This document shows positions 30,008 to 38,612 of a DNA stretch of 64,000 bases, piece by piece; the first letter of the stretch is position 1; each line of letters begins with the position of its first letter. A program made the translations under genes and the position numbers. Source of the stretch: an uncultured delta proteobacterium (GTDB lineage: Bacteria; Myxococcota_A; Polyangia; Polyangiales; Polyangiaceae); contig CAVOKF010000005.1 in the NCBI GenBank assembly GCA_963696385.1, positions 1,465,290-1,529,289 of the forward strand, written 5' to 3'. The notes beneath the pieces are model-generated. The model was not told where the DNA came from, made no database searches, and saw nothing but the letters and a program-made list of their open reading frames with translations.

Positions 30008-31444
30008 TTACTCCTGGGTTTGAAGGAGGGACTCCAGCGAAGACTCCGCCGCAGAAGTGGATGGCGCGGGGACCGAGTCAACCGTTGGAGATGCGGCAAG
30101 CGTGAAGCGGCTCCTGAGCGGACGCGTTGTGGGATCAGCCTCGCGTCCGGCTCTAGATGCCACCGGGGCTCGCTTGTCCACGTCGATAGTTCGTACCGCC
30201 GGGCCCGCTTCGTCCGCCGACGATCGGTCGCTGGAGCCGGCACCGCCATCGGCACTCGCGGGAGGGACTCGCTGCGCGAAGACCTGCGGTGCGGCGGACG
30301 CCTGGATCGCGGGAGCGGCGACTGCAGTTGCGACCGCGCCGCTTGTTGGCGCCGGCCAGTGCGCTCTTGCTCGGTGAGTCCCGACCCAGACTGCCAGCGC
30401 GAGGACGGCAGCGCCGGCGAGCACCATCCGACTGGCGTGCGCCATGTGATGCGGTACGGATGCACTGACCGTCAAGGGCCCGGGCGCACCGGAGACGCGC
30501 GTCGACCCCATTCGATTCGAAGCGAATGGCATCAGCGCTCGCACGAGTTCGGAAACGCTGGCGAAACGGAGCTGCCTTTCGAACTGCAGGCACCTGGAGA
30601 GAACGGCCTCCAGCCCCGCAGGCAGGTCCGGCCAACGGTCTCGCACGCAGAGTGCCTGCTGGGATTTCATCTCGGAGTAAAGCTCCACGATCGACTGGCC
30701 ACGGAACGGAAGCTCTCCGGTCACGAGCTCATAGAGCGTCACCCCCAGCGACCAGATGTCGGTGCGGACGTCGATGTCGTGTGCCATCTGCATCTGCTCC
30801 GGCGACATGTAACAAGGAGAGCCGATGGGACCGCCGGACGTGCTCATGCCGGCCGGCCTTTCGGTACCGATGGGCAGCGTCGAGGACAAGGCCGCTTTGG
30901 CCTTCGAGACCCCGAAATCGAGCACCTTGATCGTTTCCGTTCCGGTAGAGCCGCGGACGACGAAGAGGTTCGCGGGTTTCAGATCGCGGTGGATGATCCC
31001 CTGCCCGTGCGCCTCGGCGAGGCCGTCGCAGGCCTGAAGGACGAAATCCACCGCGAGATTGAAAGGAAGGCGTCCCCCGGCGCGCAATCGCGCTGCCAAA
31101 TCGGCCCCCTCGAGGTACTCAAGCTCGATGTAGGCCGTGCCGCTCGATAGGCAAGCAACGTCGTAAACCCGCACGACGTGTGGATGAGCTAACTTGGCGG
31201 GTACGCGCGCCTCCAGCTTGAACCGCGCCAGTGCATCGGGATGGCCGAGCGCCGAGGCCACGAGAAATTTCAGAGCGACCGTCCGGTCCAGATTGAGGTG
31301 GCGTGCGGCCACCACGACGCCCATCGCACCGGCCCCGATCACCCGCAGGATCTCGTACTTGCCGGCGACAACGTCGCCTATCTGCAGTCCATTAGGTAAC
31401 GCGACCACGACTTGCACCACACAGCGAGAGAACGCCGATGTCAA
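30008..31444 (-). CDS. Hanks-type Ser/Thr protein kinase with TM segment
   Basis: IGAGAMGVV, VALK, HRDLKPAN, DFG, GSPCYMSPEQ, DIWSLG; start uncertain (~31410-31444). Confidence 0.92.
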   Translation of the reverse strand: MTSAFSRCVVQVVVALPNGLQIGDVVAGKYEILRVIGAGAMGVVVAARHLNLDRTVALKFLVASALGHPDALARFKLEARVPAKLAHPHVVRVYDVACLSSGTAYIELEYLEGADLAARLRAGGRLPFNLAVDFVLQACDGLAEAHGQGIIHRDLKPANLFVVRGSTGTETIKVLDFGVSKAKAALSSTLPIGTERPAGMSTSGGPIGSPCYMSPEQMQMAHDIDVRTDIWSLGVTLYELVTGELPFRGQSIVELYSEMKSQQALCVRDRWPDLPAGLEAVLSRCLQFERQLRFASVSELVRALMPFASNRMGSTRVSGAPGPLTVSASVPHHMAHASRMVLAGAAVLALAVWVGTHRARAHWPAPTSGAVATAVAAPAIQASAAPQVFAQRVPPASADGGAGSSDRSSADEAGPAVRTIDVDKRAPVASRAGREADPTTRPLRSRFTLAASPTVDSVPAPSTSAAESSLESLLQTQE

Positions 31445-31829
31445 GGTGTGGGGTTACTCCCCAAGGTGGGCGCATCTCGATTGGCGATTCCAGCGCAAAG
31501 GACAGCGAAGGTCGTGGAGCCGCCGGTTGGCCCGTCCGCTTTGGCGGCAAGGCTTTCGCCCGGCTTTCGGTCGTCGTTCAGGCCGTCGACGAGCGATTCG
31601 CGCGCGCACGCGCCCGAGGGGCGCGACTAATAGTCTGAAAAACCGCCGGTTTCTCATGGCGTCGTGGACAGCGGCGGGAGTCGGAACGAGGTGCTGGACA
31701 CGGGGATTCACACGCACAAGCTCGCGGAAGGACTCGAGCAGGCCTTCGGTATCTTCGAGCCGGAGATCGCGAATCTCGAGCGACATACTATCGAGGCCGC
31801 TCGGGTTGGACTTGTCGCTCGAGGGCATC

Positions 31830-32090
31830 CTACGCGACACGCGTGCGCGGCGGGAACGCTCGCCCGTCATTCCCTGACGCATGCCGAAGTTCGACCTGTC
31901 GCGACGCGCGCCAGGCCGCCTCATTGGCTTGCGCGGCAAGCGCACCCGGGTTGGCCTCGAGGATCCGACGCGTCGCTTCGTCAGGATTGAAAAAGTCCGC
32001 GCCCGCGGCAATGGCCATTTCGCCGAGCACGCTGCTCTTGCCCGCTCCGTTGGTTCCTGCGAGGACGTAGATGCAGGCCCTTTCAGGCAT
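31830..32090 (-). pseudogene. Truncated zeta-toxin-like P-loop ATPase/kinase
   Basis: YVLAGTNGAGKSS Walker A and FFNPDE; family-like sequence ends after ~60 aa. Confidence 0.7.
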
Positions 32091-32094
32091 GCTT

Positions 32095-32289
32095 CTATCG
32101 TGCGGCTACGCCCGCCACAGCCGCGGCTCCGAATTCCTCGGGCGTGGCCTCAAACGCCTTCTTCATTCCCGCCCGCGCCCGGGGGGTCTGCATCCGGACG
32201 AACATGGTGTCGAAATCGGCGCTCAACGTGTCGAGCGTGCGCGTGCGTCGAGCAAAAAACGCTCGGAAATCGTCAAACGAGATCAGGAC
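32095..32289 (-). pseudogene. Phd/YefM-family antitoxin, 3' half (split by IS21-like element)
   Basis: Joins in frame to 36777-36951 after removing the IS and one TCAGGAC copy: ..NKQNTPKAVL/ISFDDF.. Confidence 0.85.
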
Positions 32290-32524
32290 CTTCAGCGGCG
32301 CCTTTAGAGTGATCCACTTCTGGCGACCGAAGTGATCCACCCGTCGCCGGGGTCGGGGTGGCGGCAGCGGCGGGATCGTGACCCACCCCTTGCTATCGGA
32401 AAGGGCGCGCGTCAGGGCCAGTGGCTCACCCCGAGGTGCTCGGCCGGGCGAAGGGGGGAACCGCCAAGACGCCGGTAGGACTCGCGAGCGCTCGGGCTCG
32501 CGGCTCAGCGTGGGAGTCCGGCTA

Positions 32525-32839
32525 TCAGAAGGAGTTGTCGTCCGTGGGATCGTGCGCGGGTGGCATTGCCGCTTCGCGGACGGCGTGGCGGTAGCGCCAG
32601 AGCGTTTCGCGCAAGGTGGCGGCCCTGCGGCAGATCGTGTGGGCGAGGAAGACGACAGGGCCTTGGTCGCGTGGCCTATGGAAGTCGTCGATGAGCGTCT
32701 GGTGCTCGGCCAAGAGCGCGTCGGCAGCGAGGTCGAGCGCGTGTTCGAGCAGAATGATGGAGGCGAGCTCCGGCGCGACGACGAGGTCCGGGACGCGGGG
32801 CGGAGGCGGAGCGGGTGGAACGCGGCGCGGGCGCCTCAC
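32525..32839 (-). CDS. Small hypothetical protein downstream of istB (IS passenger)
   Basis: GTG overlaps istB stop; 104 aa; conserved in copy 2. Confidence 0.65.
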   Translation of the reverse strand: MRRPRRVPPAPPPPRVPDLVVAPELASIILLEHALDLAADALLAEHQTLIDDFHRPRDQGPVVFLAHTICRRAATLRETLWRYRHAVREAAMPPAHDPTDDNSF

Positions 32840-33693
32840 GGCGCCGTCGCCCGAGTGGGTGCGACCGGCTTGCCGGCACGCTCGGCAGCGACGTGCTGGC
32901 GGTAGCTCGGTCCGTCGATGTCGATACGAATGGCATGCATGGCGAGCCGATCGAGAATGGCGGCGGCGACGGTCGCGTCTCCCAGGTAGCGTCCCCACTG
33001 GCGCAAATCGATATTGGAGGTGACCGCGGTCGAGAGCTTGCCGTGCCTGCGATCGACGAGGTTGAACAGAGTATGGGCGGCGGTGGGCTCGTCGTCGCGC
33101 TGGCGCCCCAGGCCGACGTCGTCGATGACGAGCAGGTCGGGTCGTGCCCAGGCCTTCAGGCGTCGGGGGTAGGTGCCGTCGGCGAGGCCGGCGTGCAGGT
33201 CGGCGAGCAGGTCGACGCACCGCGCGTAGCGCAGGGAGATGCCCTGCACGCAGGCGCGCAGGGAGAGAGCCTTGAGGATGTGACTCTTGCCGGTGCCGCT
33301 CTTTCCCGTGATGACCAGGTCGTCGTGGCGCCTGACGAAGTCGAGGCGGGCGAGCTCCAGCACGAGGCTCTTGTCGATCGAGGGTTGGAAGTCCCAGTCG
33401 AAGGCCTCGAGTGTCTTTCGCTCGACCAGGCCGCTGACCCGGATACGCCGGTCCAGGCGTGCGGCCGACTTGTGATCGACCTCAGCGGCCAGGACGTGCT
33501 CGAGCAGGGCGGTGTGTCCGGGTCGCTCGCGGGTGGCCCACGCGAGCCAGTCGTCGAGCGTGGAGAGCGTATGGGAGAGGCCCAAGTAGCCGAGGTGCCG
33601 GCGCAGGCGATCGATCACCACGACGGCCTCGTCAGAGGCCGGGCCGGTCACCCGGTCATTGGAGTCTGGTTTATCCGTTTTGGTCTTGGCCAT
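32836..33693 (-). CDS. istB: IstB AAA+ ATPase (IS21 helper)
   Basis: LEAFDWDFQP, GKSGTGKSH Walker A, LLVIDDVG Walker B, VTSN, AAILDRL, GPSYR. Confidence 0.93.
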   Translation of the reverse strand: MAKTKTDKPDSNDRVTGPASDEAVVVIDRLRRHLGYLGLSHTLSTLDDWLAWATRERPGHTALLEHVLAAEVDHKSAARLDRRIRVSGLVERKTLEAFDWDFQPSIDKSLVLELARLDFVRRHDDLVITGKSGTGKSHILKALSLRACVQGISLRYARCVDLLADLHAGLADGTYPRRLKAWARPDLLVIDDVGLGRQRDDEPTAAHTLFNLVDRRHGKLSTAVTSNIDLRQWGRYLGDATVAAAILDRLAMHAIRIDIDGPSYRQHVAAERAGKPVAPTRATAP

Positions 33694-35246
33694 CGGCGGT
33701 CTCCACGGGGCGGCGGGTGGCGAGCGGCAGAGCGTCGTACTCGGCCAGATCGCGGGGGCGTGTGACGACGGGACCGAGCGCGTCATCGATGCGCTTGGCG
33801 GTGTCTTCGGCGACGTACTCGTCGAGGGTCCGGGGCGGAGCGCGTCGGGCGAGGATGCGCTCGACCGAGGCCGCGTCGAGCGCGCCGAACCGAACGGCGT
33901 GCGCGAGGGCGGCGTCGACGTCGGCGCTGTCGTAGCGGGCACGCAAGAGCAGGATCTGCCGGGCGTGGTGGGTCCAGACACGGGTCACGTGGGCGCCCGA
34001 GAGCTGGAGCAGGAACGCGGCGGCCCCGTCGCCCATCTGCTCGAAGGTGGCGCGCAGCTTGTCGACGTCGATGGGCGACCGGCTCTCTGGGCGAGGATGC
34101 AGCCCGAGCGGATCGATCTTGTCGCCGCGTCCGCGCGGTCGCAGCTCATAGCGCGCCAGGCAAGCGAGATTCGGCCCGTAGACGAACAGCTCCGTCTGCG
34201 TGATGCGCAGCGGCAGGAAGTCGGTCACATGGTCGTACGGCACGGCGTAGCGGTTACCGAGCCATTCGACGTACCCGTCGATGCTGCAGAGTCGATACGT
34301 GACCCGGGCGGTGTCGTACGGATGCTTGGGCAGCGGCCGCAGATGAGGCGCCTCGTCGCGAAACCGATCGAGGGCGGACAGCCCGTGACGCTTGCGCGGG
34401 TCGACGACGCGAACGAGCCAGTCGGCGAGCTGCGCGGCGAAGTCGTCGCGATCGCGGAAATGAGCGGCCGTTGAGAAACGATCGCTCGTGCTCCCAGAAG
34501 CTGCGTTCGACGCGCGGCTTGGCGTTGGGTTTTCCTCGCACGGCGGCGGGCTGAATGCCGTAGTGCGCGGCAAAGGCGAGATACCGAGGATTGTAGATGG
34601 GCTGGTGGCCTTCCCACCGGAGCACGACGGGCTTTTGGCTGTCGTACTTGCAGCCCGCGGCGCAGCCGCCGAAGCGCGCGAAGGCGCGCTCGTGGCCGTC
34701 CATGAGCGCGAACAAGTCCGGCGAGCCGAAGACGTCGAAGGACTTGCGCTTCGAATAGACCAGGACATACGAGAACAGCTGCACAGTCTCGGAGAGGCCG
34801 GTCGTGTACGTGAGCGTGTAGGGCGACCAATCGTTTTCGGCCATCTCACCCGGTCCGAACACCGGAGCTTCGAGGCTCGGCGTCGGCTTGGCCGCTGGCC
34901 GCACGCGCCGCATCTGCTTCTTGACGGCGGTGTAGCCGCCTTGGAATCCCTCGTCCTTGAGGATCTCCAGCACGCGCTGCGCGGTGATGTCCGGGTAGCG
35001 CGCGAGCAACTCGCTCACGCGACCCTGGTAGGCGTCGATCTTGCGGGAACGCGGCGCGCGCACGGGCGCAGCGGCCAGCGCGGCGTGCCCGTCGTCGCGC
35101 TCGCGACCGTGGGTCCGAAGGATCTTCTTGATCGTGTTCCGACTGACCCCCAGCGCCCGCGTGATGGCGCGCCGGCTCATCCCCTGGGCCGTCAACACGA
35201 CGACCTGGTGGATCAATTCCTCGCGAGAGCGCCAGTGCACCGTCAT
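33671..35246 (-). pseudogene. istA: IstA DDE transposase with +1 frameshift near 34457
   Basis: N-terminal HTH, PGEMAENDW, YDSQK, KPRVER; one extra G (ATCGCGGAAATG vs ATCGCGAAATG in copy 2). Confidence 0.88.
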
Positions 35247-36133
35247 GCCCTGCTCGCTCTCTCGGTCACGGCGGTGATCGTTTTCATCAGGCCGCCCAAC
35301 ACGCCATGGAGGTTGCTGAGATCGGGGCCCACGACGTCGGCGGCGGGTCCCAACGCGGCGAGCGGCATCCCGGCCAAACAGGCCTGAAGTCGCCCCGCGC
35401 TCCGTCGAATGGTCGTCACGTCGAGCGCGATCGTCTCGGCGATGCTCCTTGCCATGCGTGGGCGGCCGCGGCGCGCAGGCCGACCCCCGTCGCGCCAGCG
35501 CGCCAGCACCGCCTCATGCCCCGGCCCCGAGTCGTCCGCGAGCTCGCGCACCAAGAGGGCCGTCTGCCGCACGGTGAGCCCGCGACGGATGACGACCGCG
35601 GAGACCGCCGGCTGGTTGCCACGTGGCAACGCGCCGACGAGGATCGCTGCCCGCGGCGCGAGCAGCCCGAGTCGAACGTCGGCTTGGACCGACGAATCGA
35701 GCGCTTCGACCAGCATCAGGCGGCGACAGACCCAGCTCTTGTGGCAACGAAGCAGCGCAGCGATCGCCCCTTGCGTCACGTGATGCTCTCGATGCAGGGC
35801 GCGCACGATCCACGCCTCCTCGAGCGCGGTGAGCCCGCGGCCAGCGTGCAGCTCGCGCATCTGCACGGTGGCATCGACGGCGCCAAGGTCGGTGACGACG
35901 GCGCGCAGATCGCGAAGGCCCAGCCCTCGCGCGGCGCGTAGCCGCTTGAAGCCGTCGAAGATCTCGACGGCGCCATCCCGCTCGAACGCGCGCACGGCGG
36001 AGAGCTGGCCGTGCTGCTTGAGCGACGCGCGCATGGCGGCCAGCGCGCAGGCGTCGGCGAGGCGCAGCCGCGACAGGCCCTCGCCGAGATCGGCGACGGC
36101 GACGAGGCGCTCGGCTTGAGCAGCGGCGGTCAC
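35243..36133 (-). CDS. ParB/Srx N-terminal domain + HTH protein (IS passenger)
   Basis: SLKQHGQL box I, IFDGFKRLRAA (GxxRxxA) box II, LTALEEA, HTH VTQGAIAALLRCHKSWVCRRL; stop overlaps istA ATG; GTG start inferred. Confidence 0.85.
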   Translation of the reverse strand: MTAAAQAERLVAVADLGEGLSRLRLADACALAAMRASLKQHGQLSAVRAFERDGAVEIFDGFKRLRAARGLGLRDLRAVVTDLGAVDATVQMRELHAGRGLTALEEAWIVRALHREHHVTQGAIAALLRCHKSWVCRRLMLVEALDSSVQADVRLGLLAPRAAILVGALPRGNQPAVSAVVIRRGLTVRQTALLVRELADDSGPGHEAVLARWRDGGRPARRGRPRMARSIAETIALDVTTIRRSAGRLQACLAGMPLAALGPAADVVGPDLSNLHGVLGGLMKTITAVTERASRA

Positions 36134-36156
36134 GGCCGCGAATCCACCACGACTCG

Positions 36157-36627
36157 TTACCCGGCACGAGACCGGCCCGTGACGCTGTCCAGGTCCAGGC
36201 CCGATCGGCAGCCGTTTTCCCCAGCTTCCAGCGCGCAGGGTAGCTCGTGACATGGGCCCACTCTGTCCACTTTGGCGGGCCCAAAAGGGCCGATTTTCCG
36301 CAGAATTCGCCCCAGATCGCGGCGGAGGGTAGCTCGTGACAGGCTCGCGGCCTTGTCCACGATCTGCTGTGCTTTACGCAATAAATCCGCGCTGTTGCCG
36401 TCCGAGGGTAGCTCGTGACATCCGGCCGCCTCGGCGCCGTCCCGGCGCCTTTGCTGGCGTGCGCGCTCGTCGGCCCGCTGCTCGTCCAGGTCGTTGCGCC
36501 GCCTCCGGCGCGCCTGACGGTTGCGGCGCTGGCCGCGGCACCCCTCTCCGCACACAACTTGGTGATCGAGCGCGCTCACGGCAGGTGTGAACCACTTCCG
36601 GCACTCGCTGCATCGACGCCTGGACAT
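36157..36627 (-). CDS. Cys4 Zn-finger-like, Arg-rich hypothetical protein (IS passenger)
   Basis: C-x2-C-x16-C-x3-C then basic helix; frame intact in both copies. Confidence 0.65.
   Translation of the reverse strand: MSRRRCSECRKWFTPAVSALDHQVVCGEGCRGQRRNRQARRRRRNDLDEQRADERARQQRRRDGAEAAGCHELPSDGNSADLLRKAQQIVDKAASLSRATLRRDLGRILRKIGPFGPAKVDRVGPCHELPCALEAGENGCRSGLDLDSVTGRSRAG
36237..36420. repeat. Three perfect 16-bp direct repeats AGGGTAGCTCGTGACA
   Basis: 36237-36252, 36326-36341, 36405-36420. Confidence 0.93.
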
Positions 36628-36776
36628 CGACGCCAGCGTCCGGCGAGACGCCCTCGATCGCGCGTTCCACGGCGCCCCCCTGGATCACGATCCCGCCGCC
36701 CGCGGCCGCCCCTTCAGGCCGTGCCGTGGATCACGATCCCGCCGTGCAGTGGATCACGACGAGGGCGCCGCTGAAG

Positions 36777-36951
36777 TCAGGACGGCCTTGGGCGTGTTCT
36801 GCTTGTTGATGACGACGAAGCCGCGGCGCGCGGTCGTGTCGAGCAGGTCTGCGAAGGCATTGCGCGCGTCGGTCGCGGACACCTCCGTGAACTCCACCTG
36901 CCTCGAGGAGACGTTTCGCGACGTGGCGACCGCCTGGCGCACCTCGGACAT
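36777..36951 (-). pseudogene. Phd/YefM-family antitoxin, 5' half
   Basis: VSATDARNAFADLLD..VVINKQNTPKAVL Phd signature; cut at IS end; start uncertain. Confidence 0.85.
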
Positions 36952-37162
36952 CTGACGGTACAACGCGATGGCACGAGCGACCGTCTCCTCAAGAAGGGCG
37001 GGCTCCGGCGAGCGTTTCAGTTCGAAGAGCATCCAGTCCTGCTTGCCGCGTCGGCGCGTCCGGCATGCCGCTGCCCCAGCGGGGGGTGGCACAAGTCATT
37101 GGGCTACGGTCCCAGCCCGAACATGCGCTTCAGGCCCTTGCGGCGTCCCGCACGGCTGGCGC

Positions 37163-37516
37163 CTAACCGAACGTCTTCCCGTCGAAGCCCCAGAACGACG
37201 CCGGCACGTCCGCGAACACGACGTATGTGCGGTTCGTCGGCACTCCGAGCGCGTCGTGCACGAGCTTGCAGACGGCCTCGGTCAACCGCTTGGCGCGGTC
37301 ACCGCCCAGTCCGCCGATGCTTTTGACCTCGACGAGGCAAGAGGCCTCGGGCGAGCCCGCGAACGTCATTCGGCTGCGCGGTACGAGGCACGTCATCACG
37401 TAGCTCTCGGGCTTCCCGAGGAGGCGTGCGGTTGTCGAAGACAAATCCCGCAAGAGCGCCGTCGCCTTCTCGTCGGCAAGCGGCTCGGCGGACGCGTACA
37501 CGGTAACGAGCGGCAT
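37163..37516 (-). CDS. MIF-like phenylpyruvate tautomerase family protein
   Basis: Catalytic Pro1 (MPLV), LGKPESYVM, KSIGG, FWGFDGKTFG. Confidence 0.88.
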   Translation of the reverse strand: MPLVTVYASAEPLADEKATALLRDLSSTTARLLGKPESYVMTCLVPRSRMTFAGSPEASCLVEVKSIGGLGGDRAKRLTEAVCKLVHDALGVPTNRTYVVFADVPASFWGFDGKTFG

Positions 37517-37750
37517 GTCGCCAGGGTGCTCCCGGCGCGGCGGATTCTCAACCCCCCATTGCGGCGCGGCCTATCTCCGACGCGACCGCCTGGAGCCGAT
37601 GCTCGGCGGAGCGGCTGTTCGCTCCGTCAGTCGCCGCTCGGGCTCTGACCGGCACGTGCGTCGGCGTTCATCCTTTCGCGGCCATTTTCTTCGCAGCAGC
37701 CAAGGGCGCGGATTCGGGGTCGTTCAGAGCAGCAAAGTTACACGGGTGAG

Positions 37751-37885
37751 CCCACGCAGAACTGGCTCGGGGCGTCGCAATACGCGAGCGATTCGTACCT
37801 GTTCGGAAAGATCGACCAGTTCCGGATTTACGACCGCGCGCTCAGTGCGGCCGAGGTGCCGCAGCTCTTCACGCAACAGGAGTGA
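37751..37885 (+). pseudogene. Orphan C-terminal fragment of a LamG/concanavalin-like domain
   Basis: Translates NWLGASQYASDSYLFGKIDQFRIYDRALSAAEV; no start or N-terminal part. Confidence 0.7.
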
Positions 37886-38115
37886 AGAAGAGACCGCGGC
37901 GATCGACCGAACTATGTCGACGGTTCGGCGCCTGCACCAAAAATTCGACGGGCGAGCGCATCTTTTCGCCTCTGTCGTTCGTGGTTCGGGGGAGGCTCGT
38001 CGATGACCCCGTACTCTCCTTTCGCTCGGAAGAATGAAACGGTCTTTCGCCAGGACTGCTCGGTCCAGTGCGACATTCGCCCGCGATCTGAAGCGAGCCG
38101 CCGAGGAGGTTCGAG

Positions 38116-38541
38116 ATGAGTAAAGCGACGGGGAACGGGACCCCAGCCACCCCGTGGAAGTTGACCACGCCCCCCGGCACGGCCGAATACGAAGCCTATC
38201 GCGACTCCGCCGCCACACCGCCGGCGCTCGTCGTGCGGGTGGGAAAGACGGAGCTTCGGTACCAGCTCCGATGCATCGAGGATCTCGTCGAGATGCTCGC
38301 GCGCCACGGGGACTGGATGCCGCTCGGTGCCGCCGACGAGCAAAAGCCGGCCTCTGAAGGATCGGTGGAAGCGTGGGGCCGCGCGCAAGACAACCCCGTA
38401 AAGGGTTGGTACGGCCTGAAGAAGGGGCTGCGGGGCCGCTTCGCCATGTACGTGCCGCCGGTGCTCGAGGCGCTCGGCCTGGCCGAGTTGGAGCACAATC
38501 CGAAAAACAATCGCATTCGCGCCATCGTCAAGGCGAAATGA
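38116..38541 (+). CDS. Conserved hypothetical protein (DUF6855-like)
   Basis: GAGGAGG RBS; PWKLTTPPG, GWYGLKKGLRGRF motifs; family name from recall only. Confidence 0.7.
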   Translation: MSKATGNGTPATPWKLTTPPGTAEYEAYRDSAATPPALVVRVGKTELRYQLRCIEDLVEMLARHGDWMPLGAADEQKPASEGSVEAWGRAQDNPVKGWYGLKKGLRGRFAMYVPPVLEALGLAELEHNPKNNRIRAIVKAK

Positions 38542-38612
38542 GAGACGGGATCGGCCATGGGGGCGCGAGTTTCAAGGTCGCCACGGCTCACGAACCCGTA
38601 GCATCGTCGCCC

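Larger units (their letters stand above)
32290..36776 (-). mobile_element. IS21-like element with ParB-like and two accessory genes, copy 1 (4487 bp)
   Basis: Terminal IRs CTTCAGCGGCGCC-N6-GTGATCCACT; sub-terminal GTGA(T/C)CCAC boxes at 32309, 32332, 32378 and inverted at 36681, 36726, 36749; 7-bp TSD TCAGGAC (32283-32289, 36777-36783); istA/istB. Confidence 0.93.

Noticed and set aside
31454..32011. 185-aa ORF as the frameshifted C-terminus of the zeta-like toxin
   Set aside because: Lacks expected family motifs (e.g. an ETT-type Walker B region); looks unrelated
34450..34465. Programmed ribosomal frameshift in istA
   Set aside because: No slippery heptamer, and copy 2 is in frame; a mutation or sequencing error is simpler
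36237..36420. 16-bp repeats as a mini-CRISPR array
   Set aside because: Repeats are too short, spacers long and unequal (73 and 63 bp), located inside an ORF, identical in both IS copies, and no cas genes are in the window
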